Position numbers and translations under genes: made by a program
Notes under the pieces: model-generated
Told to the model about the DNA's origin: nothing
Databases searched by the model: none
Seen by the model: only the letters and a program-made list of their open reading frames with translations
Shown here: one piece after another, positions 29,890 through 42,925 of the stretch
How the letters are laid out: the number at the start of each line of letters is the position of its first letter
Position numbering within the stretch: the first letter of the stretch is position 1
Source of the DNA: an uncultured Gemmatimonadales bacterium
GTDB taxonomy: Bacteria; Gemmatimonadota; Gemmatimonadetes; Gemmatimonadales; GWC2-71-9
Direction: 5' to 3'
NCBI GenBank assembly: GCA_963825055.1
Contig: CAWGSK010000002.1
Location: 1 to 64,000 of the forward strand
Length of the DNA: 64,000 nucleotides

Positions 29890-31280
29890 TCCCCCAGGCC
29901 CTGGTCGAACTGCTCTATCTCCTCGCCGCCGTCCTGTTCATCGTCGGCCTGCGCCGCCTGTCCAGTCCGGCCACGGCCCGGCAGGGCAATATCTACAGCG
30001 GGCTTGGCATGCTGCTGGCCATCGTCGTCACCCTTTTCGACCAGCAGATCGTCTCGTTCACGGTGATCGCGGCCGGCCTGCTGGTCGGCACGGTGGTGGG
30101 CTTCTGGATGGCGCGCACCGTCAAGATGACCGCGATGCCGCAGATGGTGGCGATGTTCAACGGCTTCGGCGGCGCGGCGTCCCTGCTGGTCGGCGGGGCA
30201 GAGTTCCTGAAGTCCGATGTGGCGCGTACCGCCCTGCCACTGGACACCAACCTGACCATCCAGCTGAGCGTGCTGATCGGCGCCGTGACGTTCACCGGCA
30301 GCCTCGTGGCCTTCGCGAAGCTTCAGGAGCTGATGACGGGCCGCCCGATCACCTTCCCCATGCAGCGCGCGGTCAATGGGCTCCTGTTCCTGGGGCTGAT
30401 CGCGCTGGCGGTCATCCAGGTGATATCGGCCGAGCCGAACCTGGCGGTGTTCTACGCGCTGGCCGGCCTCGCGCTCCTGCTCGGGGTCATGGTAGTGATC
30501 CCGATTGGCGGGGCGGACATGCCGGTCGTGATCTCCCTGCTCAATTCCTATTCCGGTATCGCCGCCGCGATGACCGGCTTCGTGATCAATAATCACGTCC
30601 TGATCATTGCCGGCGCGCTGGTCGGATCGTCGGGCATCATCCTGAGCCAGATCATGTGCCAGGCCATGAACCGCTCGCTGGCCAACGTGCTGTTCGGGGC
30701 CTTCGGTGGCGGGACGGCCGTGGCGTCGGGCCGAAGCACCGAGGGCCTGACCGTCCGGCAGGTGACGGCGGAGGATGCGGCCATCCAGCTCGCCTACGCA
30801 CGCCTGGTCATCGTCGTCCCGGGCTACGGCCTGGCGGTGGCCCAGGCGCAGCACCAGGTGCGCGAGATGGCGGACCTGATCGAGGCCCGCGGCGGGACGG
30901 TCAAGTATGCCATCCACCCGGTGGCGGGCCGGATGCCCGGGCACATGAACGTTCTGCTGGCCGAAGCCAACGTCCCGTACGACAAACTGTACGACATGGA
31001 CGACATCAACGGGGAGTTTGAGCAGGCGGATGTTGCCCTGGTGATCGGGGCGAACGACGTGGTCAATCCGGCCGCGCGGAACGACCCCTCCAGCCCCATC
31101 TACGGCATGCCGATCCTCAACGTGGACCATGCGAAGCACATCATCGTGATGAAGCGCAGCATGAACCCCGGATTCGCGGGCATCGAAAACGAGCTATTTT
31201 ACGATCCGAAGACCTCCATGCTGTTCGGCGATGCCAAAAAATCGCTCACGACGCTGCTGTCGGAGATCAAGAGCGCTTGA
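29886..31280 (+). CDS. pntB: NAD(P) transhydrogenase subunit beta
   Basis: MTAMPQMVA, GGADMPVVISLLNSYSG, HPVAGRMPGHMNV. Confidence 0.95.
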   Translation: MIPQALVELLYLLAAVLFIVGLRRLSSPATARQGNIYSGLGMLLAIVVTLFDQQIVSFTVIAAGLLVGTVVGFWMARTVKMTAMPQMVAMFNGFGGAASLLVGGAEFLKSDVARTALPLDTNLTIQLSVLIGAVTFTGSLVAFAKLQELMTGRPITFPMQRAVNGLLFLGLIALAVIQVISAEPNLAVFYALAGLALLLGVMVVIPIGGADMPVVISLLNSYSGIAAAMTGFVINNHVLIIAGALVGSSGIILSQIMCQAMNRSLANVLFGAFGGGTAVASGRSTEGLTVRQVTAEDAAIQLAYARLVIVVPGYGLAVAQAQHQVREMADLIEARGGTVKYAIHPVAGRMPGHMNVLLAEANVPYDKLYDMDDINGEFEQADVALVIGANDVVNPAARNDPSSPIYGMPILNVDHAKHIIVMKRSMNPGFAGIENELFYDPKTSMLFGDAKKSLTTLLSEIKSA

Positions 31281-31311
31281 GGCCGCCGGCGATTCCGGGA
31301 AGGAGTTCCAG

Positions 31312-31947
31312 ATGAACGGACTGCGATATGGCGGCGCCCTGCTGGCGACCGTGCTGCTGACCGCCCCGCTGGCGGGCCAGGCGAAGTGCGCCGAGGCCAT
31401 GAAGGCGCCCTCCGTCGGGGGCTGGGCCGAGTACCAGATGAAGCAGGGCAACATGCGGATGGCCGTGTTGGGTGAGGAGGAACACGACGGCCACAAAATG
31501 CACCGGCTCGAGATGGCGATGAGCGGGAAGAATACGGCCATCATGCAGGTCGTCGTGCCCGGCTGGCCCTACCAGCCCGACGGGATCTACGAGATGGTCT
31601 TCAAGGCGGAAGGACAGCCCGCGATGAAGGTCTCAGGGCAGATGATGAACATGATGCGGCAGAACGTGAAAATGCCCTCAACCGAGGTCAGCGAGGCCTG
31701 TGAGCGGATGCAGGATCTCGGCGCGGAAACCGTCACCGTCCCGGCCGGCACATTCCAGACCACGCACTACCGTGACCCGCAGAAGAAGATTGACGCCTGG
31801 GTGGACTCGAGCCTTCCGTTCGGCCTCGTGAAGGCCACCACGAAGGACGGGGACATGGTGCTGGTCGGCACCGGTACCGGGGCAAAGTCCCAGATCACCG
31901 AGACGCCGGTGGAGATGCCTGGCATGGGCGGGATGCCGAAGAAGTAG
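31312..31947 (+). CDS. Hypothetical secreted protein
   Basis: AAGGAG SD; signal peptide; ETVTVPAGTF motif. Confidence 0.75.
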   Translation: MNGLRYGGALLATVLLTAPLAGQAKCAEAMKAPSVGGWAEYQMKQGNMRMAVLGEEEHDGHKMHRLEMAMSGKNTAIMQVVVPGWPYQPDGIYEMVFKAEGQPAMKVSGQMMNMMRQNVKMPSTEVSEACERMQDLGAETVTVPAGTFQTTHYRDPQKKIDAWVDSSLPFGLVKATTKDGDMVLVGTGTGAKSQITETPVEMPGMGGMPKK

Positions 31948-32097
31948 TGAGTAGTGAGTAGTGAGTAGTGCTTGGCCGTCCAGATCAGGTGGGACATGGC
32001 GAACAACGGTGGGCCGGGTCCTCATGGCCCACCGTTGCCTGCCTTCGGACTCGTGACCGGCCGTGGGAGCACTACTCACTAGTCACTACTCACTGCT
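31943..32097. repeat. Inverted pair of AGTAGTG heptamer arrays enclosing a 12-bp hairpin
   Basis: (AGTAGTG)x4 at 31943-31970; CACTACT/CACTAGT/CACTACT/CACTGCT at 32070-32097; CAACGGTGGGCC/GGCCCACCGTTG at 32004-32037. Confidence 0.85.
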
Positions 32098-32667
32098 TTC
32101 CGGCCACCGCGGGTCGGTGATCGCGCTGTGCCGGGCGATCTGCTCCTGGGCCTCCCGGTAGTTCCTGGCGAATTCCTCGCGCCATTCGAGCGGCAGGTTG
32201 GCCCGGAAGTACTCCGCGGTCATGATATCGGCGCCAGGTCCCCGCCGGGTATTGAAGACGTCGCCCAGGAAGCAGGTGCTGGCGCCGGCGTCCATGGTGT
32301 TCACGACCCGGCACTCGAAGGCCGCATAGCAGTCCCTCAGAACCGGCACTCCCCCCTCGCCGGGCTCGATTTCCAGCCCTCCCAGCTTGTCCCCATCCCT
32401 CCCGCTGGCGAAGCCGAGGCGGTGAATGAGATCAAACTGCCCCCGGTGGAGCAGGTGGACGGTGAACCGGCGGCTTCCGGCCACCAGTTCGTGGCTCAGG
32501 TGCCATTTGTGGATGTAGACCGCGAGGCGGGGAACCCGGGGTGAGATACTGGCCCGGATGGCGCTGTCCAGGATCATCCCGTTGCGGCATCCCCCTTGGG
32601 AGGAGGTGACGGCCACCACGGGTGAGGCGAAGAGCCGGAGGAGCTCGTAAGCGGAATCGGTGAGCAT
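32086..32667 (-). CDS. Flavin reductase family protein
   Basis: PVVAVT...NGM, GFASGRDGDKL, PVLRDCYAAFECRV...DAG. Confidence 0.85.
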   Translation of the reverse strand: MLTDSAYELLRLFASPVVAVTSSQGGCRNGMILDSAIRASISPRVPRLAVYIHKWHLSHELVAGSRRFTVHLLHRGQFDLIHRLGFASGRDGDKLGGLEIEPGEGGVPVLRDCYAAFECRVVNTMDAGASTCFLGDVFNTRRGPGADIMTAEYFRANLPLEWREEFARNYREAQEQIARHSAITDPRWPESSE

Positions 32668-32885
32668 GGGTCAAATCTAGCCGGGAACCTTTGTTTGTTC
32701 TGTCAGTGCAGTAGTTCGGCCGGGAGCGAACCCGGGGGTGCGTTCCACAGCGAAACGCAACGAGGGCCGCCGGAGGGGCATCTCAATGGGTGCCCGAAGG
32801 TTCCGGGCGGCTACCGAACAGGTACCGAAATCGTTCGGCGTGAGCCCTCAAAATCGCGCAAGTGGTCCCGGAGCCACAAGTTACG

Positions 32886-32898
32886 TAACATGTTGATT
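32886..32898 (-). promoter_or_regulatory. IHF-consensus site upstream of the sigma factor gene
   Basis: Minus-strand AATCAACATGTTA matches WATCAANNNNTTR, in an AT-rich patch overlapping the palindrome GTTACGTAAC. Confidence 0.45.
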
Positions 32899-32994
32899 TT
32901 AGCGAGTTTATCTGTTAGATTGTCCGACTAGTTTTTTGGCAGTCCCCCAATCGGGGATCCGGGGTCGGTGGGGAATGCGCAAGGAGGCGGTGGA

Positions 32995-33891
32995 GTGAAA
33001 GTTGTCAAGACACGCCCGAAGCGTCGCCCGGTTCGTCCGGCGCAGATCGCCAAGGCAATAGATGAGGGGCGGGAAAGTCTCGACCTGTACCTCGACGAAA
33101 TCTCCCGCGTGCCCCTGCTCAATCGCGAAGAGGAGATGGCCCTCGCCCACAAGGCGTTCAAGGGCAACGTCGCGGCCCAGGAGAAGCTGGCGCGCCATAA
33201 CGTCCGTTTCGTGGTGTCGGTCGCGAAGAAGTTCCAGAATCGCGGCGTGCCGCTGGTGGACCTGATCGGCGAGGGCAACCTCGGCCTGATGACGGCTGCG
33301 CGGAAGTTCGACCCGAACCGTGGCGTGAAGTTCATCAGCTATGCCGTGTGGTGGATCCGACAGGCCGTCCAGGCCGCGATCGCCCGGCACGGCCGGCCCG
33401 TCCGCGTGCCGCTCAACCGGACGGCGGACCTGAACCGGCTGTCCCGAACGGTCACCCTGCTCAAGGACCGGTTCGGCCGCATGCCGACCACCGAGGAGCT
33501 GGCCCGGGCAACCGGCCTGACTCTCGAGGCGGTCCGGAGCCTGTCCGCCCTCAATTCCGAGGCGGTCCGGCTGGACCACCCGGTGCGGGACGGCGAGGGC
33601 AGTGAGCGGATCGAGCGGTTCGCCACCAACGAGCAGGAGGGGACGGACTCCTCGGCCATCGCCAACAGCCAGACCAGCTACATCGAAGCGGCCCTGGCCT
33701 CGCTCCCTCCCCGGGACGCGAAGGTCCTCCGGCTCTACTTCGGGCTGGATGACGGCAACAGCCGGACGCTGGAGGAAATCGGCCGGATGATGGGGGTCAC
33801 GCGTGAGCGGATCCGCCAGCTTCGCGACCGTGCGCTGCTGCGCCTGCGCGAGGGCGAGCAGAGCAACCGGCTGCGCGACCTGGTCGCCTGA
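32995..33891 (+). CDS. RNA polymerase sigma-70 factor, RpoD/SigA family, lacking region 1.1
   Basis: LDLYLDEI, DLIGEGNLGL, KFISYAVWWIRQ, TLEEIG...VTRERIRQ. Confidence 0.93.
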   Translation: MKVVKTRPKRRPVRPAQIAKAIDEGRESLDLYLDEISRVPLLNREEEMALAHKAFKGNVAAQEKLARHNVRFVVSVAKKFQNRGVPLVDLIGEGNLGLMTAARKFDPNRGVKFISYAVWWIRQAVQAAIARHGRPVRVPLNRTADLNRLSRTVTLLKDRFGRMPTTEELARATGLTLEAVRSLSALNSEAVRLDHPVRDGEGSERIERFATNEQEGTDSSAIANSQTSYIEAALASLPPRDAKVLRLYFGLDDGNSRTLEEIGRMMGVTRERIRQLRDRALLRLREGEQSNRLRDLVA

Positions 33892-33909
33892 CGCAGCCGG
33901 CGTGACGAG

Positions 33910-33945
33910 AACGCCCCCGGAACCTGATGGTTCCGGGGGCGTTTT
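33910..33945. terminator. Intrinsic terminator between the sigma gene and acnA, probably bidirectional
   Basis: 15-bp perfect stem AACGCCCCCGGAACC/GGTTCCGGGGGCGTT ending in TTTT. Confidence 0.85.
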
Positions 33946-33962
33946 GCGTGGGGGATCCGCGG

Positions 33963-36746
<2,784 letters not shown>

Positions 36747-36836
36747 GGGTTGCGTGACCTGGAGTCAGAGGAAAAGTTTCCCCAGAACATAACACCCCCG
36801 CGCCCGGCCTCAGCCGCGCCTTCCCCCGACCTTCGG

Positions 36837-37175
36837 ATGCTCATGGCTTCCTCCGCACCCCAGTCAATCACCCGGCGCGACGACGGCCTGCTCGTTCTCT
36901 GGGAGGAGGGGCACGAAGCCCTGCTTCCCGCGCGGACGCTCCGCCTGGCATGCCCCTGCGCCGGATGCGTCGAGGAGATGACGGGGCGGCCGCTGCTGGA
37001 CCCGGCCTCGGTCCCGGACACGATCAGGCCGGTGGCCCTTTCACTGGTCGGGGGGTACGGCCTCAAGATCACCTGGAGTGACCGGCACGACACGGGGATC
37101 TACACCTTTGCGCATCTGCGGCGGACCTGCCCGTGCCCGCGTTGCCATCCGGAGCGGGCGGTGTCGGGAACCTGA
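36837..37175 (+). CDS. DUF971 / GBBH-like N-terminal domain protein
   Basis: LRLACPCAGC, VGGYG, WSDRHDTGIY, CPCPRC. Confidence 0.85.
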   Translation: MLMASSAPQSITRRDDGLLVLWEEGHEALLPARTLRLACPCAGCVEEMTGRPLLDPASVPDTIRPVALSLVGGYGLKITWSDRHDTGIYTFAHLRRTCPCPRCHPERAVSGT

Positions 37176-37284
37176 CCCGCAGGACAAGGGGGTTGCGCCT
37201 TCCGGAAAAAACTGAATACTCCATCCCGGCGCCGCGCACGCCGGGTCTCGCCGCTGCGGCCCTTCCCACATCGCGGGCTTCTGC

Positions 37285-37572
37285 ATGCTCTTTGGCCGGA
37301 CGGTCTGGATCGTCATCTGGTGTGGCATCCTTCTCCTCGGGGTGGTGGGGCTGTTCGCCTCCCTCTACTGGGGCAGGCAGACCCATTACCGGAACCTGGA
37401 CGAGATCATCCGCGCATGCGGGACCATACTCGTCTCGACGGGGTTCATCTTCCTCATCCTGTCCTTCTGGACCCTCCTTGCCCAGGGGCTTCTCGTCGTG
37501 GCCCTTGGTTGTTTCGTGGCCGCATTCATCCTCGGCCGACGGACTGCCGAACCCCACCCGCCCGTGGAGTGA
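37285..37572 (+). CDS. Small membrane protein
   Basis: Three hydrophobic segments; plausible codon usage. Confidence 0.65.
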   Translation: MLFGRTVWIVIWCGILLLGVVGLFASLYWGRQTHYRNLDEIIRACGTILVSTGFIFLILSFWTLLAQGLLVVALGCFVAAFILGRRTAEPHPPVE

Positions 37573-37724
37573 ACGGGAACCTCCCGCCGCGTCGCGCTGT
37601 TGTACCCCCCAGGCGGCTCTTGCGCCGTCCAGTGGCCGTCTTATCTATTCGACGGGCCGACGTCGTGCGCGTCCCCCGCTCCGCGCAGCAGCAGTGACCT
37701 CCGCCTCCCGAACCGAGGACCGTC

Positions 37725-38222
37725 ATGGCTGATGACCAGCAGTCCCTGTCCCGCGAAGGTGCCGAGGCCGGCGTCCTGGGCGCCCTGGCCGTGGCGCTCT
37801 GGTTCCTGCTGCTCGATGCCCTGCATGGGCAACCGTTCCTTACGCCTTCGTTGCTGGGGCAGGTGGTGCTGTTCGGCCGGGACACGCCCGCGATGGCCGC
37901 GGTCCCCGAGGCTATCGCGGCCTATACCGGCGTGCATTTCCTCGCCTTCGTGATTCTGGGCGTGGCGGTGGCGCGCATCGTGGACCTGGCAACGCACGAG
38001 CCGGTCTTCCGCTTCCTATTGTTCATGCTGTTCGTCGTGTTCGAGGTATTCTTCCTCGGCGTGACCTACATCTTCTTCGCCCAGACGGCCGGCGTGTTTC
38101 CGTGGTGGTCGATCCTGGTGGCAAATACCCTGGCCGCCGTCGCGATGACGGTCTACTTCCGCTACCGGCATCCCACGCTGGCGCAGGCGCGAGGCGAGCC
38201 ACTGGGTGCGGAGACCACCTGA
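37725..38222 (+). CDS. Hypothetical membrane protein
   Basis: GAGGA SD; about four TM helices. Confidence 0.75.
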   Translation: MADDQQSLSREGAEAGVLGALAVALWFLLLDALHGQPFLTPSLLGQVVLFGRDTPAMAAVPEAIAAYTGVHFLAFVILGVAVARIVDLATHEPVFRFLLFMLFVVFEVFFLGVTYIFFAQTAGVFPWWSILVANTLAAVAMTVYFRYRHPTLAQARGEPLGAETT

Positions 38223-38248
38223 GCGCCTGGCTGGCGTCCTCGAACACC

Positions 38249-38279
38249 CAAAGGGCTCGATGACGCATCGAGCCCTTTG
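38249..38279 (+). terminator. Perfect 14-bp hairpin, terminator or translational control element
   Basis: CAAAGGGCTCGATG-ACG-CATCGAGCCCTTTG. Confidence 0.6.
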
Positions 38280-38280
38280 C

Positions 38281-40806
38281 GTGCGCATTCTCGGGTGGGC
38301 CACTGCCCTGTGCCTTGGCGCGGCTGCCGTCGCTCCGCCTCTCGCCGCACAGCTCGGGCCGCCGGGAACCGGTGGCCTCGTCACGATCGACCAGGCGCTC
38401 CGGCGCCTGGGGCCGGTGCGCCGGGTCCTCATGATCGGGGCCCATCCCGACGATGAGGACACCGAACTCCTCACCATCCTGACCCGGGGCATCGGGGCCG
38501 AGGCCGCCTACCTCTCGCTGAATCGGGGAGAGGGCGGCCAGAACCTCATTGGCAATGAACTGGGCGAGGACCTGGGACTCCTCCGGACGGAGGAGCTGAT
38601 GGGGGCGCGCACGGTGGACGGCGCGCGGCAGTTCTTTACGCGGGCATATGATTTCGGGTTTACCAAGACCCTGGACGAGACGTGGCGGTTCTGGCCGCGT
38701 GACTCCTTGCTGAAGGACGTGGTCCGCGTGATCCGGGCCTTTCGGCCGCAGGTGATCGTGTCGGTCTTCAGCGGTACACCGCGCGACGGGCACGGCCAGC
38801 ACCAGGCGGCGGGATGGCTGGCCCGTCGCGCGTTCGACGCCGCGGCAGACCCGGCCCTCTTCCCCGATGCCGGGGCTCCCTGGACACCAGCCCGACTGTA
38901 CCGCAGCACACGCTTCGACACCGCCGCGACGACCCTGAGGCTCGCCGGCGGGAGGCTCGACCCGGCGCTGGGCTCGTCATTCCACCAGCTCGCCATGGAA
39001 GGCCGCAGCCTCCACCGCTCGCAGGACATGGGACAGCTGCAGGAGATCGGGCCCTCCACCGTCCGGCTCGCCCTGCTCGAGGACCGCGCGCCGGGCGGAG
39101 GCGGGAATGACGGGATTTTCGACGGCATCGAGACCCGGCTCGACGGCAACCGCGCGGAAGCGGATCGGTACCGCGCCAGGATCGATTCCGCCCGCGCCCT
39201 GGTGAACCCGGAAACGCTGCCGGCCCTGGCCGCCATGCTGGACCGGGCGCGGCAGGACCTCGCGGCCCTGTCGGACGGCCCCCATCCGGTTGCGGTCGCC
39301 GACCAGCTGGGCCATCTCGACCAGGCGATCTTTGCCGCCCGCGGCCTCGTGGTCGATGCGCTTGCGCCGGACGCGGGGCTGGTCGCGGGTCAGGCGGTCG
39401 ATATCACCGTCTCGGTCTGGAATACGGGGGACTCCGCCGCCACCGTCCGGATGGAGCTCCAGTCGCGGGTGGCCGACAATCCTCCGGCCTGGTCCCGCGG
39501 CGCGGCGGGATGCGCGACCATCGCCGCCGGGACGGTACGGCGCGAATCATTCCACGTGGTGATCCCGCCCACCGCCCGGCCCACTTCCCCCTCGTGGCTC
39601 GACCAGCCCCGGAACGGCGCGCTGTACCCCACGGCCAGGGCGCAGTTCCCCCGTGATCCCCCGCTGCTCGAGGCACATGTCACGCGGTGTGGCGCCGTGC
39701 CTGCCTCCGCGGTGCGTGAGGTGGTCTACCGGACCAGGGACCAGTCACGCGGGGAGGTCCGGACACCACTCCGGGTAGTGCCGCGGGTCGAGGTGGCACT
39801 CGACCCTGCGGTGGAGATCTGGTCCAGCACGCGCCCTGTCACGCACACCTTCACCGTGACGCTGACCCGTCGCGCACCCGACCCCGTCCGCGGTACGGTG
39901 GGGCTGGAACTGCCCGCCGGCTGGCCCGCGGTCGAGCCGCGGCCCTTCTCCCTGACGGAGCCTGGGGAGCGCGAGAGCTGGGCCTTCCAGGTGACGCAGC
40001 CCCCGGGGGTGAGCGAGGCGGACGTCACCGTGCGCGCCTGGGCGCGGGACACGGCGGGACGCCGGTACGACCTGGGTATCCGCACGGTGGACTACCCTCA
40101 TATCCGTTCGAGGGCGCACGCCGTGCCCGCAGCGGCGGAGATCCATGTCGCCCCGATCGCGTTCCCGCGACTGTCACGGGTCGGCTACGTCCGGGGAGCG
40201 GCCGATCGTGTGCCCGAGGCGCTGCGGAGCGTCGGCCTGCCCGTTGAAATGCTGGATCGCGAGGCACTCGAGCGGGGAGACCTGTCGCGCTATGACGCCA
40301 TCATCGTGGGAAGCCGGGCGTACGAAACCGACACGGCCCTGGTCGAGAACAATCCCCGCCTGCTCGGGTATGTGCGGGCCGGCGGACTCCTGATCGTGCA
40401 GTACCAGCAGTACCCCTTCTTCGACGGCCACTACGCGCCGTATCCGATGACGCTCGCGAGTCCGCACGACCGCGTGACGGACGAAACCGCCCGGGTGGAA
40501 GTCCTCCCGGGTGGACGGCGACTCCTGGCCGCCCCCAACCGCATAGGGGACGCCGACTGGGACGGATGGGTCCAGGAACGGGGCCTCTACTTCGCCCATT
40601 CCTGGGACGACGCGTATACGCCCGCCCTGGAATTGCATGATCCGGGCGAGCCTCCCCTCAGGGGTGGCCTGCTCGTTGCGCCCGTGGGGAAGGGTACGTG
40701 GGTCTACACCGGCCTCAGTTTCTTCCGGGAGCTGCCCGCCGGCGTGACCGGTGCCATGCGGCTCTTCGCCAACCTCCTCGGCCTCGGCTCGGCGCCGGTG
40801 CCGTGA
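38281..40806 (+). CDS. Secreted PIG-L/LmbE-family deacetylase with NEW3-like and GATase-like C-terminal domains
   Basis: Signal peptide; GAHPDDED, RGEGGQN, HGQHQAAG, GWVQERG; start 38260 or 38281. Confidence 0.88.
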   Translation: MRILGWATALCLGAAAVAPPLAAQLGPPGTGGLVTIDQALRRLGPVRRVLMIGAHPDDEDTELLTILTRGIGAEAAYLSLNRGEGGQNLIGNELGEDLGLLRTEELMGARTVDGARQFFTRAYDFGFTKTLDETWRFWPRDSLLKDVVRVIRAFRPQVIVSVFSGTPRDGHGQHQAAGWLARRAFDAAADPALFPDAGAPWTPARLYRSTRFDTAATTLRLAGGRLDPALGSSFHQLAMEGRSLHRSQDMGQLQEIGPSTVRLALLEDRAPGGGGNDGIFDGIETRLDGNRAEADRYRARIDSARALVNPETLPALAAMLDRARQDLAALSDGPHPVAVADQLGHLDQAIFAARGLVVDALAPDAGLVAGQAVDITVSVWNTGDSAATVRMELQSRVADNPPAWSRGAAGCATIAAGTVRRESFHVVIPPTARPTSPSWLDQPRNGALYPTARAQFPRDPPLLEAHVTRCGAVPASAVREVVYRTRDQSRGEVRTPLRVVPRVEVALDPAVEIWSSTRPVTHTFTVTLTRRAPDPVRGTVGLELPAGWPAVEPRPFSLTEPGERESWAFQVTQPPGVSEADVTVRAWARDTAGRRYDLGIRTVDYPHIRSRAHAVPAAAEIHVAPIAFPRLSRVGYVRGAADRVPEALRSVGLPVEMLDREALERGDLSRYDAIIVGSRAYETDTALVENNPRLLGYVRAGGLLIVQYQQYPFFDGHYAPYPMTLASPHDRVTDETARVEVLPGGRRLLAAPNRIGDADWDGWVQERGLYFAHSWDDAYTPALELHDPGEPPLRGGLLVAPVGKGTWVYTGLSFFRELPAGVTGAMRLFANLLGLGSAPVP

Positions 40807-41864
40807 CCGCCCGCCGCGCCGGGGCCGTCGCCGCTCTGCTGCTCCTCCTGGTCACGGCATGCGGGAACGACGGCCGTACCACGGTCACGGTCTACAGCCC
40901 GCACGGGCGCGACCAGCTCCTCCTCCTGGAACATGCGTTCGAGCGCGAGCATCCGGATATCGACATGCGCTGGCTGTACATGGGCAGCCAGGAAATCCTC
41001 GACCGGATCCGGTTCGAGCGGGTCAACCCGCAGGCCGACGTGTGGTTTGGCGGCCCGGCAACGATCTTCGATCGGGCGGTGGCGGAATCGCTCCTGACCC
41101 CGTACCGGCCGGATTGGGCCGGTGCCGTGGATCCCGACGCCATCGGGCCACGCGATTTCTACTTTCCGGTTTATCGCACGCCGGCCGTGATCGCGTTCAA
41201 CAGCGACGCGCTCACCCGGGAGGAGGCCCCGCAGGACTGGGACGACGTCCTGGAACCGCGGTGGAAGGGCAAGGTGCTGATCCGCGACCCGGTTGCCAGC
41301 GGCACCATGCGGGCCATCTGGGGATTGATCATCGAGCGGTCGATGCGCTGGCCCGGAGACACCGCGCCCGGCATGGCCTGGCTCCGCCGCCTCGACGCGC
41401 AGACGGCGGCGTACACCCTGAACCCTGCCGTCCTTGACGAAAAGCTGGCGCGGCAGGAGGGGCTGGTGACCCTCTGGGACCTGCCGGACATCCTGATCAG
41501 CCGTTCCAAGGGGATGCCGTTCGACTATCTCTTCCCCGCCAGCGGCACCGTCGTGATCAACGACGCGATCGCCCTGGTCAGGGGAACGGAACATCCCGGG
41601 GCGGCCCAGACGTTCATCGACTTCGTCGGCAGCCCCGAGGCGCAGATTCTCACCGCGCGTGAGGTCTTCCGCCTTCCGGCGCGGCTCGACCTGCCTCCCG
41701 ATTCCGTGCCGGAGTGGGTGGCGGAGGTTGGCCGCGCCATGACCATCGTGCCGCTCGACTGGGAGCGGCTCTCCGAGGAGGGCCCCGTGTGGATGGGGTA
41801 CTGGGACCAGCACGTGCGGGGCTCGGGAGCCTCGGCGCGGCGGGCAGGGAAGGACTCGACGTGA
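40803..41864 (+). CDS. ABC transporter substrate-binding lipoprotein (AfuA/FbpA-like)
   Basis: Lipobox VTAC; NPQADVWFGG, APQDWDD, DPVASGT; GTGA overlap. Confidence 0.88.
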   Translation: MTARRAGAVAALLLLLVTACGNDGRTTVTVYSPHGRDQLLLLEHAFEREHPDIDMRWLYMGSQEILDRIRFERVNPQADVWFGGPATIFDRAVAESLLTPYRPDWAGAVDPDAIGPRDFYFPVYRTPAVIAFNSDALTREEAPQDWDDVLEPRWKGKVLIRDPVASGTMRAIWGLIIERSMRWPGDTAPGMAWLRRLDAQTAAYTLNPAVLDEKLARQEGLVTLWDLPDILISRSKGMPFDYLFPASGTVVINDAIALVRGTEHPGAAQTFIDFVGSPEAQILTAREVFRLPARLDLPPDSVPEWVAEVGRAMTIVPLDWERLSEEGPVWMGYWDQHVRGSGASARRAGKDST

Positions 41865-42925
41865 GCGCCTACCTCGAGCTTGACCATCTCGTGAAGGATT
41901 TCGCGGGACACCGCGCGGTCGACGACGTGACCCTGTCCATCCGGCGGGGGGAAATCCTGGCGCTGCTGGGCCCGAGCGGCAGCGGCAAGACCACGACCCT
42001 GCGCCTGCTCGCCGGGTTCGAGTCACCCGACAGCGGGCGGGTCCTTCTCGAGGGGAAGGACGTCACCGCCGTGGCGCCGGTGGAGCGCCATTTCGGTATG
42101 GTCTTCCAGCATTACGCCCTGTTTCCCCACCTCACCGTTGGCCGGAACGTCGCGTTCGGCCTCGAGTCGCGCGGCGTGGAAGGCGCGGAACTCGAGCGCC
42201 GCGTCGCGGAGTCGCTGTCGCTGGTTGACCTCGCAGGCTTCGAGGCCCGGCGGATCCAGCAACTCTCCGGCGGCCAGCAGCAGCGTGTCGCGCTGGCCCG
42301 CGCGCTGGCCCCCGAGCCGCTCGTGCTCCTGCTGGATGAACCCCTCTCGAATCTCGACCCGGCGCTCCGGGAACGAACCCGGCGGGAGATCCGGGAGGTG
42401 ATCGGGCGAGTGGGAATCACTACCGTCCTCGTCACGCATGAGCAGGAGGAGGCCTTCGATCTTGGCGATCGCATCGCACTGCTCCGGGATGGCCGGGTGG
42501 AGCAGGTCGGAACCGCGGATGACCTCTACGCCCGGCCGTCGAGCATCTTCGTGGCCGGATTCATCGGCCGAGCGAGCCGACTGCCGGTGACGCTGTCGCC
42601 CGGCGAGGATGGCGCCATGCGGGCACGGATCGAGGGTGTCGAGTGGACCGTGCCATCCGCGCCCCAGCCGCTGGCGGCGGGAGACGGGGCGGTCCTGATG
42701 GCCCGGCCCGAGGGGCTCCGCTTCACGGATCGGGACGGCGCGCTCCGGGGCAGGGTGACTGCGCGGCGGTTCACCGGGGCAAGCGCGCTCTTCACCGTCC
42801 GCACGGCCGGGGGCAACGTGCTGGAGGTCCTGGCAGCGCCCGGGGCCTCCGCCGTGGGCGACGAGGTGGGCATCGAACCACGCGAGGGCGGACTGCATCT
42901 GTACGCCGACGGAGCGGCACATTGA
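41861..42925 (+). CDS. ABC transporter ATP-binding protein (PotA/FbpC-like)
   Basis: GPSGSGKTT, LSGGQQQR, LLLDEPLSNLD, TOBE-like tail. Confidence 0.92.
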   Translation: MSAYLELDHLVKDFAGHRAVDDVTLSIRRGEILALLGPSGSGKTTTLRLLAGFESPDSGRVLLEGKDVTAVAPVERHFGMVFQHYALFPHLTVGRNVAFGLESRGVEGAELERRVAESLSLVDLAGFEARRIQQLSGGQQQRVALARALAPEPLVLLLDEPLSNLDPALRERTRREIREVIGRVGITTVLVTHEQEEAFDLGDRIALLRDGRVEQVGTADDLYARPSSIFVAGFIGRASRLPVTLSPGEDGAMRARIEGVEWTVPSAPQPLAAGDGAVLMARPEGLRFTDRDGALRGRVTARRFTGASALFTVRTAGGNVLEVLAAPGASAVGDEVGIEPREGGLHLYADGAAH

